A stretch of DNA of 22,675 bases from Terrimicrobiaceae bacterium. GTDB lineage: Bacteria; Verrucomicrobiota; Verrucomicrobiia; Chthoniobacterales; Terrimicrobiaceae. The notes beneath the pieces are model-generated. The model was not told where the DNA came from, ran no database searches, and was given only the letters and a program-made list of their open reading frames with translations. The translations under genes were made by a program, and so were the position numbers. Positions 8,157 through 17,077 of this stretch are shown here, piece by piece. Each line of letters starts with the position of its first letter. Position 1 is the stretch's first letter. The stretch covers positions 1 to 22,675 of the forward strand of contig JBGSVZ010000026.1 of the NCBI GenBank assembly GCA_041752695.1, written 5' to 3'.

Positions 8157-9166
8157 GAACACTCTTCGCCTTGGTGTTTCTGGTCGCCACCTTTGGCGGT
8201 CTTGCGGCGGAACCTTCGGGCCCTGCGCCTGCCTGGGCGACCGCGTACCGATTGGGGCCGGGTGACGTGATCGATATCCGGTTTTATGGACGCCCCGAAC
8301 TCACCCGCGACGGAACGACAGTGGCGCCGGACGGCACCATAACGTATCTGGGGGTCACGGGTTTTTCCGTGGCGGGCCTGACCATCGAAGAAACCCGCGG
8401 GGAGCTGGAAAAGGCCATCTCGGATTTCTACAAAAATCCCCGGCTCATCGTCATTCCCAGCGCCCTCTCCAGCAAAAGCTACACCCTGATGGGAATGGTC
8501 AAGATGAGCGGAATTTTTCCGCTCGACACGCCGATGACCTTGATCGAGGCCATCGCGCGTTCCGGGGGTACAACGTCGGGATTGTTCGACCGGCGATATG
8601 TCGATCTGGCCGATCTGGGGCGGAGTTTCCTGCTGCGGGGAAATCGCAAGGTCGAGGTCGATTTTCAACGCCTCATGCTTAAGGGCGACATGACTCAGAA
8701 TGTGCCGTTGGAACCCGGAGATTACATCCACATCGCCTCCGCGCTGGCCAACGACTATTTTGTCTTGGGCTCGGTCATCAAGCCGGGGCGGGAGGGTTTC
8801 ACGGAAAACGCCACGGTGATGAGCGCCATTGCCAAACGGGGCGGCTTCCAGCCCAACGCATTCCGGGAGCGCGTTCTGGTCGTGCGCGGCAGCCTGAACA
8901 AACCCGTGGTGACCGTGGTCAATGCGGACGCCGTGCTGAAAGGCGGCGGCAAGGACGAACTGCTCCAGCCCAAGGATATTGTCTTCGTCAGTTCCCGGCC
9001 ATGGTTCCGGGCCGAGGAAATTGCCGATGCCGCCGTGATCGCTTTTCTCCAGAGTTCCGTCGCCACCTGGACGGGATATAACGCTCCCGTGATCTTTCGC
9101 AATGGCGTGTTGCCTGTCACTCCGCAGGGTCAGGTGGAGCTGCAAAAACTTGAGACCGTACCGTGA
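8153..9166 (+). CDS. Polysaccharide biosynthesis/export (Wza/OPX-like, SLBB-repeat) protein 1, ~337 aa
   Basis: GTG at 8153 (GTGA overlap) gives a signal peptide MRTLFALVFLVATFGGLAA; poly_export motif YRLGPGDVIDI..VAPDGTI..VAGLT; SLBB TLIEAIARSGG; LEPGDYIHI; LQPKDIVFV. Confidence 0.88.
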   Translation: MRTLFALVFLVATFGGLAAEPSGPAPAWATAYRLGPGDVIDIRFYGRPELTRDGTTVAPDGTITYLGVTGFSVAGLTIEETRGELEKAISDFYKNPRLIVIPSALSSKSYTLMGMVKMSGIFPLDTPMTLIEAIARSGGTTSGLFDRRYVDLADLGRSFLLRGNRKVEVDFQRLMLKGDMTQNVPLEPGDYIHIASALANDYFVLGSVIKPGREGFTENATVMSAIAKRGGFQPNAFRERVLVVRGSLNKPVVTVVNADAVLKGGGKDELLQPKDIVFVSSRPWFRAEEIADAAVIAFLQSSVATWTGYNAPVIFRNGVLPVTPQGQVELQKLETVP

Positions 9167-10272
9167 TCCTCCGCTCCATTGCTGTCCTTTTTCTGCTGCT
9201 TTGCGCCGGATGTATGCTCGGCCCTCGCCCCTCGGTGCGATTCGATCCTTACGGGGAGGCCTCGGCTGTGGAAAAACAGATCGAAGTCGACCGCACGGCC
9301 GACCTTACGCCCTACACCCTCTACAAAGGCGAGGTGTACCGGCTCGGTCCCGGTGACCGTCTGCAAATCCGTCGCCTCAACGCCCGCGCGGACGACCCGC
9401 AGGGGGAACTCACCACCTTTGTCCTGCCGGACGGAACGATCTTTTTCGACCTGTCTCCAGCGGTGCGGGCCCAGGGAAAAAGCACCACAGAGCTGTCTCA
9501 GGCGCTCACCGAGTCGCTCAGGTCTTTTTACAAACGCCCCGAGGTGGCGGTGTCGCTGGTCGAGGTGCAGAGCAGCAGATTTTATGTGCTGGGCAAAGTT
9601 GCCAAGCCGGCTCTCTATCCGCTCACCCAGCCCACAACCTTGCTGGATGCTCTCGCGCGGGCGGGGGGCCTTGAGGTGGTCGGCGGGACCGGCACCAGTG
9701 AGGAACTGGCGGATCTCTCGCGGAGTTTTCTGGTTCGGGATGGACGGGCCCTGCCGATCGATTTTCAAGCGCTGATTCGCGGGGGCGATCCCCGGTTTAA
9801 TATCTTTGTGAAAAACGGGGACTTTATTTATCTCCCTCCGAAAAGCTCCGAGGAAATTCTCGTCCTTGGCTGGGTGGCGAAGCCCGCCTCGGTGGGCTAT
9901 CGCGAGGGCATGGGGGTGGTCGCGGCCGTCTCGGAAGTGGGGGGGCCGCGCAAAAATGCTTTCCTCCAACGCATGCTCGTCGTCCGCGGTCGGTTGAGCC
10001 GGCCGAAGGTGGCGATTGTCAATTTTGACGCCATCGCTAAAGGAAAAAAACCGGACTTCGCCCTCGAAGCGGGCGACATCGTCTGGATTCCGCAAAGCCC
10101 CTGGGATCGTCTGGAACGTTATCTCGATGTGGTGCTCGGCACGGCGGTGACGACGATGGCGGCCAACGAAGGAATTCGCATTGTCGAGGGGGAACAATCC
10201 GTCGGTGTCAGCGTTCAGGTGCCGATCAACACCGGCGTCGGTCTCACTCCCGCGCCGGCCCCGGCTCCGTAA
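9163..10272 (+). CDS. Polysaccharide biosynthesis/export (Wza/OPX-like, SLBB-repeat) lipoprotein 2
   Basis: Lipobox-like LLLCAGC; YRLGPGDRLQI, VLPDGTI, FYVLGKVAKP, TLLDALARAGG, LEAGDIVWIP; GTGA overlap with the upstream paralog. Confidence 0.9.
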   Translation: MILRSIAVLFLLLCAGCMLGPRPSVRFDPYGEASAVEKQIEVDRTADLTPYTLYKGEVYRLGPGDRLQIRRLNARADDPQGELTTFVLPDGTIFFDLSPAVRAQGKSTTELSQALTESLRSFYKRPEVAVSLVEVQSSRFYVLGKVAKPALYPLTQPTTLLDALARAGGLEVVGGTGTSEELADLSRSFLVRDGRALPIDFQALIRGGDPRFNIFVKNGDFIYLPPKSSEEILVLGWVAKPASVGYREGMGVVAAVSEVGGPRKNAFLQRMLVVRGRLSRPKVAIVNFDAIAKGKKPDFALEAGDIVWIPQSPWDRLERYLDVVLGTAVTTMAANEGIRIVEGEQSVGVSVQVPINTGVGLTPAPAPAP

Positions 10273-12880
10273 TTTCCCGTCCGACCCGCAAGGGGTGAAC
10301 GGCCGACAAACGCCGCCCATCGGGCCAGACGACCTCGACTTCCAAACGGCCGTCGGTCTTTGGGAACGTTCCGCGGAAGTTCGCACCAGTTGACGGAGGG
10401 AGCCCCGGCTGCTCCCAGATGACGGTGGCGTCGTTGAGGGTCAGACCATCCGGAAACTGCAGCCCGGCAGTGAATTCCTGGCCGGTTGGTGCTTCGGCCG
10501 GGATGCCTTGGATTTTCAGTTCCTTGGGAACCCACGGTTGCTGCGCGGCAGGTGTCTGAGCCATGAGAAAAAGATACCCCGCCAAGATTCGCGCGCTGAT
10601 CGCGCTGACACATTCGGCCCGAAGGTTGTAGGCATCGGTGCCGGCCCGGTCGTAGAACGCAAAATCATCCAGGCCCGGATAAAAGATGCGCCGCAGGCCG
10701 GACGCCCCTTCGATCTGATACGGGCGGAGATTGTAGGGAGAGGAAAAGACATTGCCGACGGCGAGTCCCGGAGCGGCCAGGACGCGGTCATCATTGAGGG
10801 AAAGCCGGTTGACAATCTGCCGTCGCCACACCGGGCCCGAGCCGCTGACAAAAGATCGGTCCGAGGGGTTGCCCCCACTTTCGAATCCTGCGGCGTCGAT
10901 CAACGCATCGAGCAACTTGGCCCGGCGGTCGTGATTTTCGCTGAGCAGCCACGCTCCCACCACATCGAAACTCTGATCCATTGCCCAATACCAACCCACC
11001 TGCGCCCGCCGCTTGCTGGAAAGGGACAGCGGGATGCCGAACGCATTGTCCTTGCTCAGTTTCAGAACGGCATCACCCGCCTGGCAGATCGCCAGTTGCA
11101 TCGCGGCCAGATAAACGGGATCGGCCGTGCCTGCCGGCAGTCCCCCATTTTTCTCCGCAAAGGCATAGGTGCGCGCCGCCCAGCCGTAGGCTTCGTAAAG
11201 CGGCCACCATCCCCAGCGGACCGCCTGGGGACCGGTCGGATCGGGCCACCAGGTTTTTAATTCTTTCTCATAAGCTGCGTCGCCGGTGGCTGCGAAAAGC
11301 CCGGCCGCCGCGTAACAAAGTTCATCGGTGTGACCGCCGAACGCCCCATAATGACTGATCGTTTGAAAACTGCCCGCCAGACCGTGCTTAGCGATGGCTT
11401 TGGTCAGAAAGGCGTGTCCGGCCAGGGCCGCCTTCAGATACGCCGCTGCGCGTGCCGGATCGTGTTGGCGAAGAACCGGCGAGGCCGCGAGCTGCGCCAG
11501 GGCGCCGACGGCGGCGGCGGTCGAAGCCGTTGTTTTTGGAAAAACCACCTGCGGGTCGCCGTGCTCGGGGAGGACGTCGAGTTCGTAGGCGCGGTCGCGA
11601 GGGTAAACCAAAAAGAAAAAGCCGCCGTCGGCATCCTGCATCTTGTGCAGGAAGTCCGCCTCCCACAGGGCAATTTGGAGCGCGTCCGGCACGCCGTCGC
11701 CACTTTCCGGCAGCCCGAGATTATCGATCTCCGCCACTCCGGGGCAATGGTCCACCACAAAGGTCAGGACGTGGATCAATGCCGCGGAGTTGAGGGTGTA
11801 TTTGCTGTAGTCCCCGGCGTCAAAATGCCCCCCGCTCACATCCATGGTGCCACGGCGGACAAACGGATAAAGGCTGGCGTTCACCTCGTCCATCCGGGGT
11901 GCGGTCTGTACGGCGGGGTCCGTATTTTTCCGCGCCATGTCGCCCACGTGTTTGTTGGTCTTGCGGAAGGCCGGGCCGTCGGGAATTTCGGCCGGAGCGG
12001 TGTGTGACGCTGCATGGGCAAAGCGCGTGTATGGGGGGCCGATGGCCGCCCCGCTTCGCCGGTGGTAGAGCCCGAGGGCATGCAACCGGGCCGGCGCGGC
12101 CAGGGCCCCTTCGTGAATGTCAATCGAGGCCGAGACACCCAATCCGTCGATCTTCACGCGATAAATCCCCGGAATATCGACGGGCGAAAAGTCAAACAGA
12201 GAGACGTCTTGATGCCATTTCCACCCGGCATCCGGACGCCGCGCCAGCGTGCCGGTGAAAACGGTTTTGCCCCCGGAATCCACCAACCGCGCCGTCAAAC
12301 CTTCGGGCAAAGTCAGCTCTCCCGCACTGCCGAGGTCCTGCGAAACATAGGCCCGCTTCGGGAACCCCGGAGCGTAACCAAGGCGGTTGAAATGGATCAT
12401 CGGACTCTCCCGGTCGGGATCGAGGCGGGTGGACAGAGGCGTCGCCCAGAGCTTCCCGGTGGCGTCCGTGACCTTCACCTCTCCGCCCTCGGGAACGGGG
12501 TCGGCCAGTTGCAGAAAAATCTGATTCATCTCGCGCAGGTCGAAGTGGTGGTAGTCGGCAAAGATCGGATGGCGGCGGAAGCCGGTGCCGGCAATTTGGG
12601 CGGGGTGGCCGTTGACGCTGACAGCAAAAGATTCCGCCTTCGGTTCCCGCACGCGCAAGTCGGGGTCCTCGAGTTCGCCCCACGGCGTCATGGGGTGAGA
12701 TAGATCCGGCCGGCTGGAAACCCCACGGATCTCCAGCCATTGCGGTGTGAGGAGTCTCAAGTCCCGGCTCCCCGCGGCCGGCAGGGAAACCTCATTGGGG
12801 AAAAGGGGATCTGCCGACCGGGCGGGGCCGACGGCGAAAAGGAGCGTGAGGACGAAACAGACTGTCCGCAAGGCGGCCAT
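10244..12880 (-). CDS. Secreted glycoside hydrolase family 9 protein with N-terminal Ig-like domain(s), 878 aa
   Basis: Signal peptide MAALRTVCFVLTLLFAVGPARSA; CelD_N-like HFNRLGYAPGFPKRAYV and FDFSPVDIPGIYRV; GH9 motif DVSGGHFDAGDYSKY (DAGD at 11810-11821); ESGDGVPDAL..WEADFLHKMQDADG; DELCYAAAGLF; GGNP..RSFVSGSG; candidate catalytic acid in YNLRAEC. Confidence 0.88.
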   Translation of the reverse strand: MAALRTVCFVLTLLFAVGPARSADPLFPNEVSLPAAGSRDLRLLTPQWLEIRGVSSRPDLSHPMTPWGELEDPDLRVREPKAESFAVSVNGHPAQIAGTGFRRHPIFADYHHFDLREMNQIFLQLADPVPEGGEVKVTDATGKLWATPLSTRLDPDRESPMIHFNRLGYAPGFPKRAYVSQDLGSAGELTLPEGLTARLVDSGGKTVFTGTLARRPDAGWKWHQDVSLFDFSPVDIPGIYRVKIDGLGVSASIDIHEGALAAPARLHALGLYHRRSGAAIGPPYTRFAHAASHTAPAEIPDGPAFRKTNKHVGDMARKNTDPAVQTAPRMDEVNASLYPFVRRGTMDVSGGHFDAGDYSKYTLNSAALIHVLTFVVDHCPGVAEIDNLGLPESGDGVPDALQIALWEADFLHKMQDADGGFFFLVYPRDRAYELDVLPEHGDPQVVFPKTTASTAAAVGALAQLAASPVLRQHDPARAAAYLKAALAGHAFLTKAIAKHGLAGSFQTISHYGAFGGHTDELCYAAAGLFAATGDAAYEKELKTWWPDPTGPQAVRWGWWPLYEAYGWAARTYAFAEKNGGLPAGTADPVYLAAMQLAICQAGDAVLKLSKDNAFGIPLSLSSKRRAQVGWYWAMDQSFDVVGAWLLSENHDRRAKLLDALIDAAGFESGGNPSDRSFVSGSGPVWRRQIVNRLSLNDDRVLAAPGLAVGNVFSSPYNLRPYQIEGASGLRRIFYPGLDDFAFYDRAGTDAYNLRAECVSAISARILAGYLFLMAQTPAAQQPWVPKELKIQGIPAEAPTGQEFTAGLQFPDGLTLNDATVIWEQPGLPPSTGANFRGTFPKTDGRLEVEVVWPDGRRLSAVHPLRVGREITEPGPARE

Positions 12881-12930
12881 GCCGTTTGAAGTACCACAAC
12901 AGGGTGGGGACGTCCCGTATTAGTTTGAAA

Positions 12931-12945
12931 TGGCCCGGTCCACGC
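12931..12945 (+). promoter_or_regulatory. Possible sigma54 -24/-12 promoter for the wzy-wzx block
   Basis: TGGCCCGGTCCACGC has GG-N10-GC spacing with a TGGC-x-CG -24 element, directly upstream of the CDS starting at 12956/12965. Confidence 0.35.
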
Positions 12946-12955
12946 GGCATGATGA

Positions 12956-14347
12956 TTGTCCTCCTTGGAGCTCAAATACCTCATCTTCTTTTTCGCGCTG
13001 GTCTTCGGAGTTCCGCTGGGAATTTTCCTCGGGTGCAAGTTCCCCTGGTTTAGCCAAGCGATGGTCTTTTTTGTCGTCTTCAGCACCGTGATGCCGGACA
13101 CCACGGCCATCAATTTTGTCTCGCGGGAATTCTATTTCACCATGACAAAAGGTTTTGAGATCAGCCTGGCTGATCTGGGTGCTCTGGTGCTGCTGGGCAT
13201 CATGCTGGTCCAAAAAGAAACCTACGGAATCAACCGCGTGCCGCCCATGGGGTGGTGCATTCTGGCGGTCTTTGCCGTGGGATTTTTTTCCTGGCTGCAG
13301 GCGCCGTCGTTTATTTCCGTGCCCACGCCAGCGCAGGAACACCCCTTTTTTATCCCCTACGACAAGTTCGAAACTGGCCTCTATCCGCTTTTCGAGCTCA
13401 GCAAAGTCCTCCGCGGATTCCTGCTCTTTTTTGTCCTCGCGTGGTATGTCCGTCGGCCGGAGAACCTCGAGACTCTTCTTTTCGCCATCGCGGCGGCGAC
13501 CATTTACATCGGATTTCTGGCGCTCTACGACCGCTACGTTCTGCACTTTCACCGCATCAAAGCGACCCTCCAGCATCCGAATTCCCTCGCCACCTACATG
13601 GCCATGGTCGGAACTTTTAACTTTGCCGGACTGCTGACCTCCCGGGGTCGGCTGCGAACAGGGCTCTATCTGCTGGCGGTGGGCTTGAGTGGGGTGACGG
13701 TCTTGATGACGATTTCGCGAGGCGGACTGGCCGCGCTGGCTTTGGGATTCTTGCTTTGCCTGGCGATGTTGATCTGGCAGAATTTCACCACGAAAAACAT
13801 CGCCCTCATCCTTGTCGGGCTGATCGGAGCGGTCTTCGCTCTGGGACAGGCCATGGACAGCCTGCTTGATCGCTTCGTCGGCGAACAAGACGCCTCCAGC
13901 GATATCGAGTACCGTATGTATTACAATAATCAGGCCAAACTGATGGCGGCGGATCGGTTTTTTGGCGTGGGGTTGGGCAATTTTTCCGCCTTTTCCTGGG
14001 ATGAGTACGCGGCGCGGGTTGAGCCGGACAACCCCGCGGGCACGCCTGCGCACAACGTTTGGTTTCTCCAGATGGGCGAAACCGGGTACATTGGTCTGGC
14101 CCTTTTTGCCCTGATGTGGCTTCGGTTTTTTTCTCTGGCCGTACCGCTCGCCCTTTGGCGAATGCGCGGGCCGGTGCAGGCGGCAGCGGTGGCCGCGCTC
14201 GCCTGCGCGCTGGTCCTGCATGTGCAGGCCAATGTCCAACTTTCCTACCGCCAAACTCCCATTTATCTGATGTCGGTGATCTGTTTCGGGGTCATCTCCG
14301 GCCTCGCCATGACTTGGAAAGACCAGCGAAGCCGTGAAGCCGTCTGA
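12956..14347 (+). CDS. O-antigen ligase/Wzy polymerase-family membrane protein
   Basis: Many hydrophobic segments; Wzy_C motifs RIKATLQHPNSLA, TISRGG, FFGVGLGNF, PAHNVWFLQMGETGYIG. TTG start at 12956 or 12965 is uncertain. Confidence 0.88.
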   Translation: MSSLELKYLIFFFALVFGVPLGIFLGCKFPWFSQAMVFFVVFSTVMPDTTAINFVSREFYFTMTKGFEISLADLGALVLLGIMLVQKETYGINRVPPMGWCILAVFAVGFFSWLQAPSFISVPTPAQEHPFFIPYDKFETGLYPLFELSKVLRGFLLFFVLAWYVRRPENLETLLFAIAAATIYIGFLALYDRYVLHFHRIKATLQHPNSLATYMAMVGTFNFAGLLTSRGRLRTGLYLLAVGLSGVTVLMTISRGGLAALALGFLLCLAMLIWQNFTTKNIALILVGLIGAVFALGQAMDSLLDRFVGEQDASSDIEYRMYYNNQAKLMAADRFFGVGLGNFSAFSWDEYAARVEPDNPAGTPAHNVWFLQMGETGYIGLALFALMWLRFFSLAVPLALWRMRGPVQAAAVAALACALVLHVQANVQLSYRQTPIYLMSVICFGVISGLAMTWKDQRSREAV

Positions 14348-15881
14348 GCCACCATCCGGACCGACGTTTTTCTCCCGCGAATCGGTGGGGGCGGCTTCGT
14401 GGATGCTCGGGGCTAAAGGCGGGCTTTTTTTCGTCTACGCCGGCATTTCGATCCTGACCGTCCGCCTGCTCGGCCGCGAAGAGTACGGCGTCTTCGCCCT
14501 TTGCAAAAACTTTGTCGAGGTGCTGGTGATCTTCTGTTCCCTCGGCCTCAATACCTCAATTCTCCGCTTCGTTCCCGAACTGGTGGTCCACCGGAACAAA
14601 GCCGGTCTGCGGCGCCTGCTGGGCAAAACCCTCGCGTGTCAGATTGGAGCGGTGGGGGTGGCCCTGCTCGTGCTTACGCCGCTGACTCCGTGGCTGAACG
14701 CGTGGTTCCGGCTCGACTCGAGGTGGCTGATTCTGCTGTCCGTCGTGCTGGCCGGCACCGCCGTGCTGAAAAACTATTACAACGACGTCCTGACCAGTTT
14801 GTTTCAGGCCAAAAAGGTGGTGATCTTTTCGCTCTGCCAGTCGGCTCTCTGGCTGGCCCTGCTTGGCTGGCTGGCCTGGCGCGGGCAGAGCCAGGCGTGG
14901 GAGATATTGGCCGTCGAGATTGTCTCCATCGTGCTGGTTGCAGTCGTGGCCCTGTTTAGCCTAGCGACATTTTTGCGCAGCCTTCCGTGGAAATCTCCGC
15001 CGATGGGGATCGGGCGCACGCGGGTGATGAACCTCGCTCTGGGCGCGTTGGGCGGAGGAATTGGCCGGGCGTTCATGATGAAATACACCGAGACGTTCTT
15101 CCTCGGTTTCTTTTTCACCCCGACCGTGGTGGCCATCTACGACCTGGGGGTTTCTTCCACCATGCTGGTCATCACCTTTGTCCCCATGGCCCTGCAGACT
15201 GTCTTCGCCAGTGGGCTCTCGGAAGCGTACGTGCGGGATCCGCATTGCCTGCCCCAGTTGGTGAACTGCCTCTACAAGACATTGATTCTCCTTTCCGTGC
15301 CGCTGGCGGCTTTCGGAGTTTTCTTTTCGCCGGACGCTGTCGTGTTGTTTTATGGTCAGGAAATGGCGGCGGCAGGCTGGGTGGCTTCGGTCTTTTGTGC
15401 GGTGCATTTGCTCCCGCTCATTGCCATTCCGCTTTCCATGGCCATCGGGGTGAAGGAAAAGGTGCGCGAGTTTTTGCCCATGCTTTATCTGCGGGTGGGG
15501 GTCAACCTCCTCCTGGACTGGATTTTGATCCCCCGCTTCGAGATTCCCGGAGCCATTGCGGCGGTGGTGCTTACCTTTGTGCTGACCTTCCCCATTCGGC
15601 TGCGCCTGATCCGGTCGGTGCTGGGGGGATTTCATTTCCCCCTGGGATTTTGCGTCCGTTTTCTTTTGGTCTGCCCGATCCTGGCCGCGGTAGTTTGGTA
15701 CGTTTTTCCGCGTGGCAGTCTGGCTGGTCTCTTCGGGGCCGCGGCGGTGTATTTCCTTTTGGTTCTCGCCGCGCTGCGGTTTGCCCGTCTCCTGCAGGCA
15801 GAGGATGTGGCGGAACTCCGGTCGCTGGACTTTCGCAAACTCAACCGGCTCCTTGATCTCGTGTCTGCTAAATCCTCATGA
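14334..15881 (+). CDS. Wzx-type polysaccharide flippase (MOP superfamily)
   Basis: Polytopic membrane protein, 515 aa; RLLGREEYGVFAL, LGLNTSILRFVP, VVLFYG, VNLLLDWILIPRFEIPGAIAA. Confidence 0.88.
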   Translation: MKPSEPPSGPTFFSRESVGAASWMLGAKGGLFFVYAGISILTVRLLGREEYGVFALCKNFVEVLVIFCSLGLNTSILRFVPELVVHRNKAGLRRLLGKTLACQIGAVGVALLVLTPLTPWLNAWFRLDSRWLILLSVVLAGTAVLKNYYNDVLTSLFQAKKVVIFSLCQSALWLALLGWLAWRGQSQAWEILAVEIVSIVLVAVVALFSLATFLRSLPWKSPPMGIGRTRVMNLALGALGGGIGRAFMMKYTETFFLGFFFTPTVVAIYDLGVSSTMLVITFVPMALQTVFASGLSEAYVRDPHCLPQLVNCLYKTLILLSVPLAAFGVFFSPDAVVLFYGQEMAAAGWVASVFCAVHLLPLIAIPLSMAIGVKEKVREFLPMLYLRVGVNLLLDWILIPRFEIPGAIAAVVLTFVLTFPIRLRLIRSVLGGFHFPLGFCVRFLLVCPILAAVVWYVFPRGSLAGLFGAAAVYFLLVLAALRFARLLQAEDVAELRSLDFRKLNRLLDLVSAKSS

Positions 15882-17077
15882 AAATCCTCCTCGCTGGCAT
15901 TCCCCTCGGTCGCAACAACGTCGGAGACGAAGCCATTCTTGCTGGCGTCGTTCGCATCTTACGCGACATCGTCCCCCGCGCGGAGATCACAGTCAGCACC
16001 GACGATCCCGCCACGGCGACCCGGCTGCAGGTGCGGGTGTGTCCGTTGTATGGATTCGACGTCGTTCCTTACGACCCGGCGGAAATGCAGCGGTCACTCG
16101 CGGAACATGACGTGATCTTTTGGTCCGGCGCGACCGGTCTTTCCGACTATCCCGAGATCCCCTGTGCCCTGCTCCGGCAGGCCCGGAGCCTCGGCAAAAA
16201 GACCGTGATCTGGAATGTCGGAATGAATTCGGAATTGAATCCAGCGAAATATGCGGTGCACGGCCGTCGCCGTCGGATCCTGAGTCTGCTGGAGCGCTTG
16301 ACCCTCGGTGCGGTCAACCCGCTGGAGGCTGCGGAGAAGAGCCTGGGGGATCGCGCCCGGGCCGCGATCCGCGAGACTGTGGAGGCATGCGACTTGGTCG
16401 TGACGAGAGACCCCCAGAGTCGGGAGGAGGTGCTGCGCTGTGGCGTCCGCCGGGAGGTTATCGTAGGGGCGGACTCCGCGCTGGTTCTTGAGCCGTTTGA
16501 TCTCAGTCGCGTTCCTGTGACGGAGGCCGTGCGCAGCCTGCTCGCGTCGTCCGCTCCCAAGGTGGGAATCTGTATTTCCGCGCAGCGCGAGATTCAAAAC
16601 GAATCGGGCCTGCTCGGCTACCTCGATGGTCTCACCGCCGCCGGATGCCGGGTTCTTTTTCTGCCCATGAATCCGCAGACGGACGCCCGTTTGATGACCG
16701 ACCTGGGCCGACGTATGAAACAACCCGAAGCGACGGCGCTGGCAGACGGACGTCTGGATCCCGAGGACGTTCTGGCTCTCGCGGAAAAAATGGACGTCAT
16801 CGTCGCCAGCCGTTTGCACCTGCTGATTCTGGCTTCGATTTGCCATGTGCCGATTCTGGGGATCAGCCGGGGTTCCAAGGTGGATAATTTTCTCGCCCCC
16901 TTTGGCATCCGCGCGGCCGGCAGTGTCGAGTCCTGCGATTTTGCGCAGTTGCGCCGCGACACCGATCATTGGCTGGATCATCGCGCCGAGTTTCGGGCCC
17001 GATCGCAGACCGTCCGGCAGGATTTGCTAGCGCGGCTGGAGACGGCCAAAACCCGCTTACGGGAGGTCCTGGGGTGA
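15878..17077 (+). CDS. Polysaccharide pyruvyl transferase family protein (CsaB/WcaK-like)
   Basis: GRNNVGDEAIL, VVTRDPQS, GADSAL, IVASRLHLLILA...VPILGI...KV; ATGA overlap. Confidence 0.85.
   Translation: MKILLAGIPLGRNNVGDEAILAGVVRILRDIVPRAEITVSTDDPATATRLQVRVCPLYGFDVVPYDPAEMQRSLAEHDVIFWSGATGLSDYPEIPCALLRQARSLGKKTVIWNVGMNSELNPAKYAVHGRRRRILSLLERLTLGAVNPLEAAEKSLGDRARAAIRETVEACDLVVTRDPQSREEVLRCGVRREVIVGADSALVLEPFDLSRVPVTEAVRSLLASSAPKVGICISAQREIQNESGLLGYLDGLTAAGCRVLFLPMNPQTDARLMTDLGRRMKQPEATALADGRLDPEDVLALAEKMDVIVASRLHLLILASICHVPILGISRGSKVDNFLAPFGIRAAGSVESCDFAQLRRDTDHWLDHRAEFRARSQTVRQDLLARLETAKTRLREVLG

Noticed and set aside
10244..12880. GH9 gene as a recent mobile insertion
   Set aside because: No flanking direct/inverted repeats or transposase, no obvious compositional shift by eye, and it overlaps wza2 without disrupting it.
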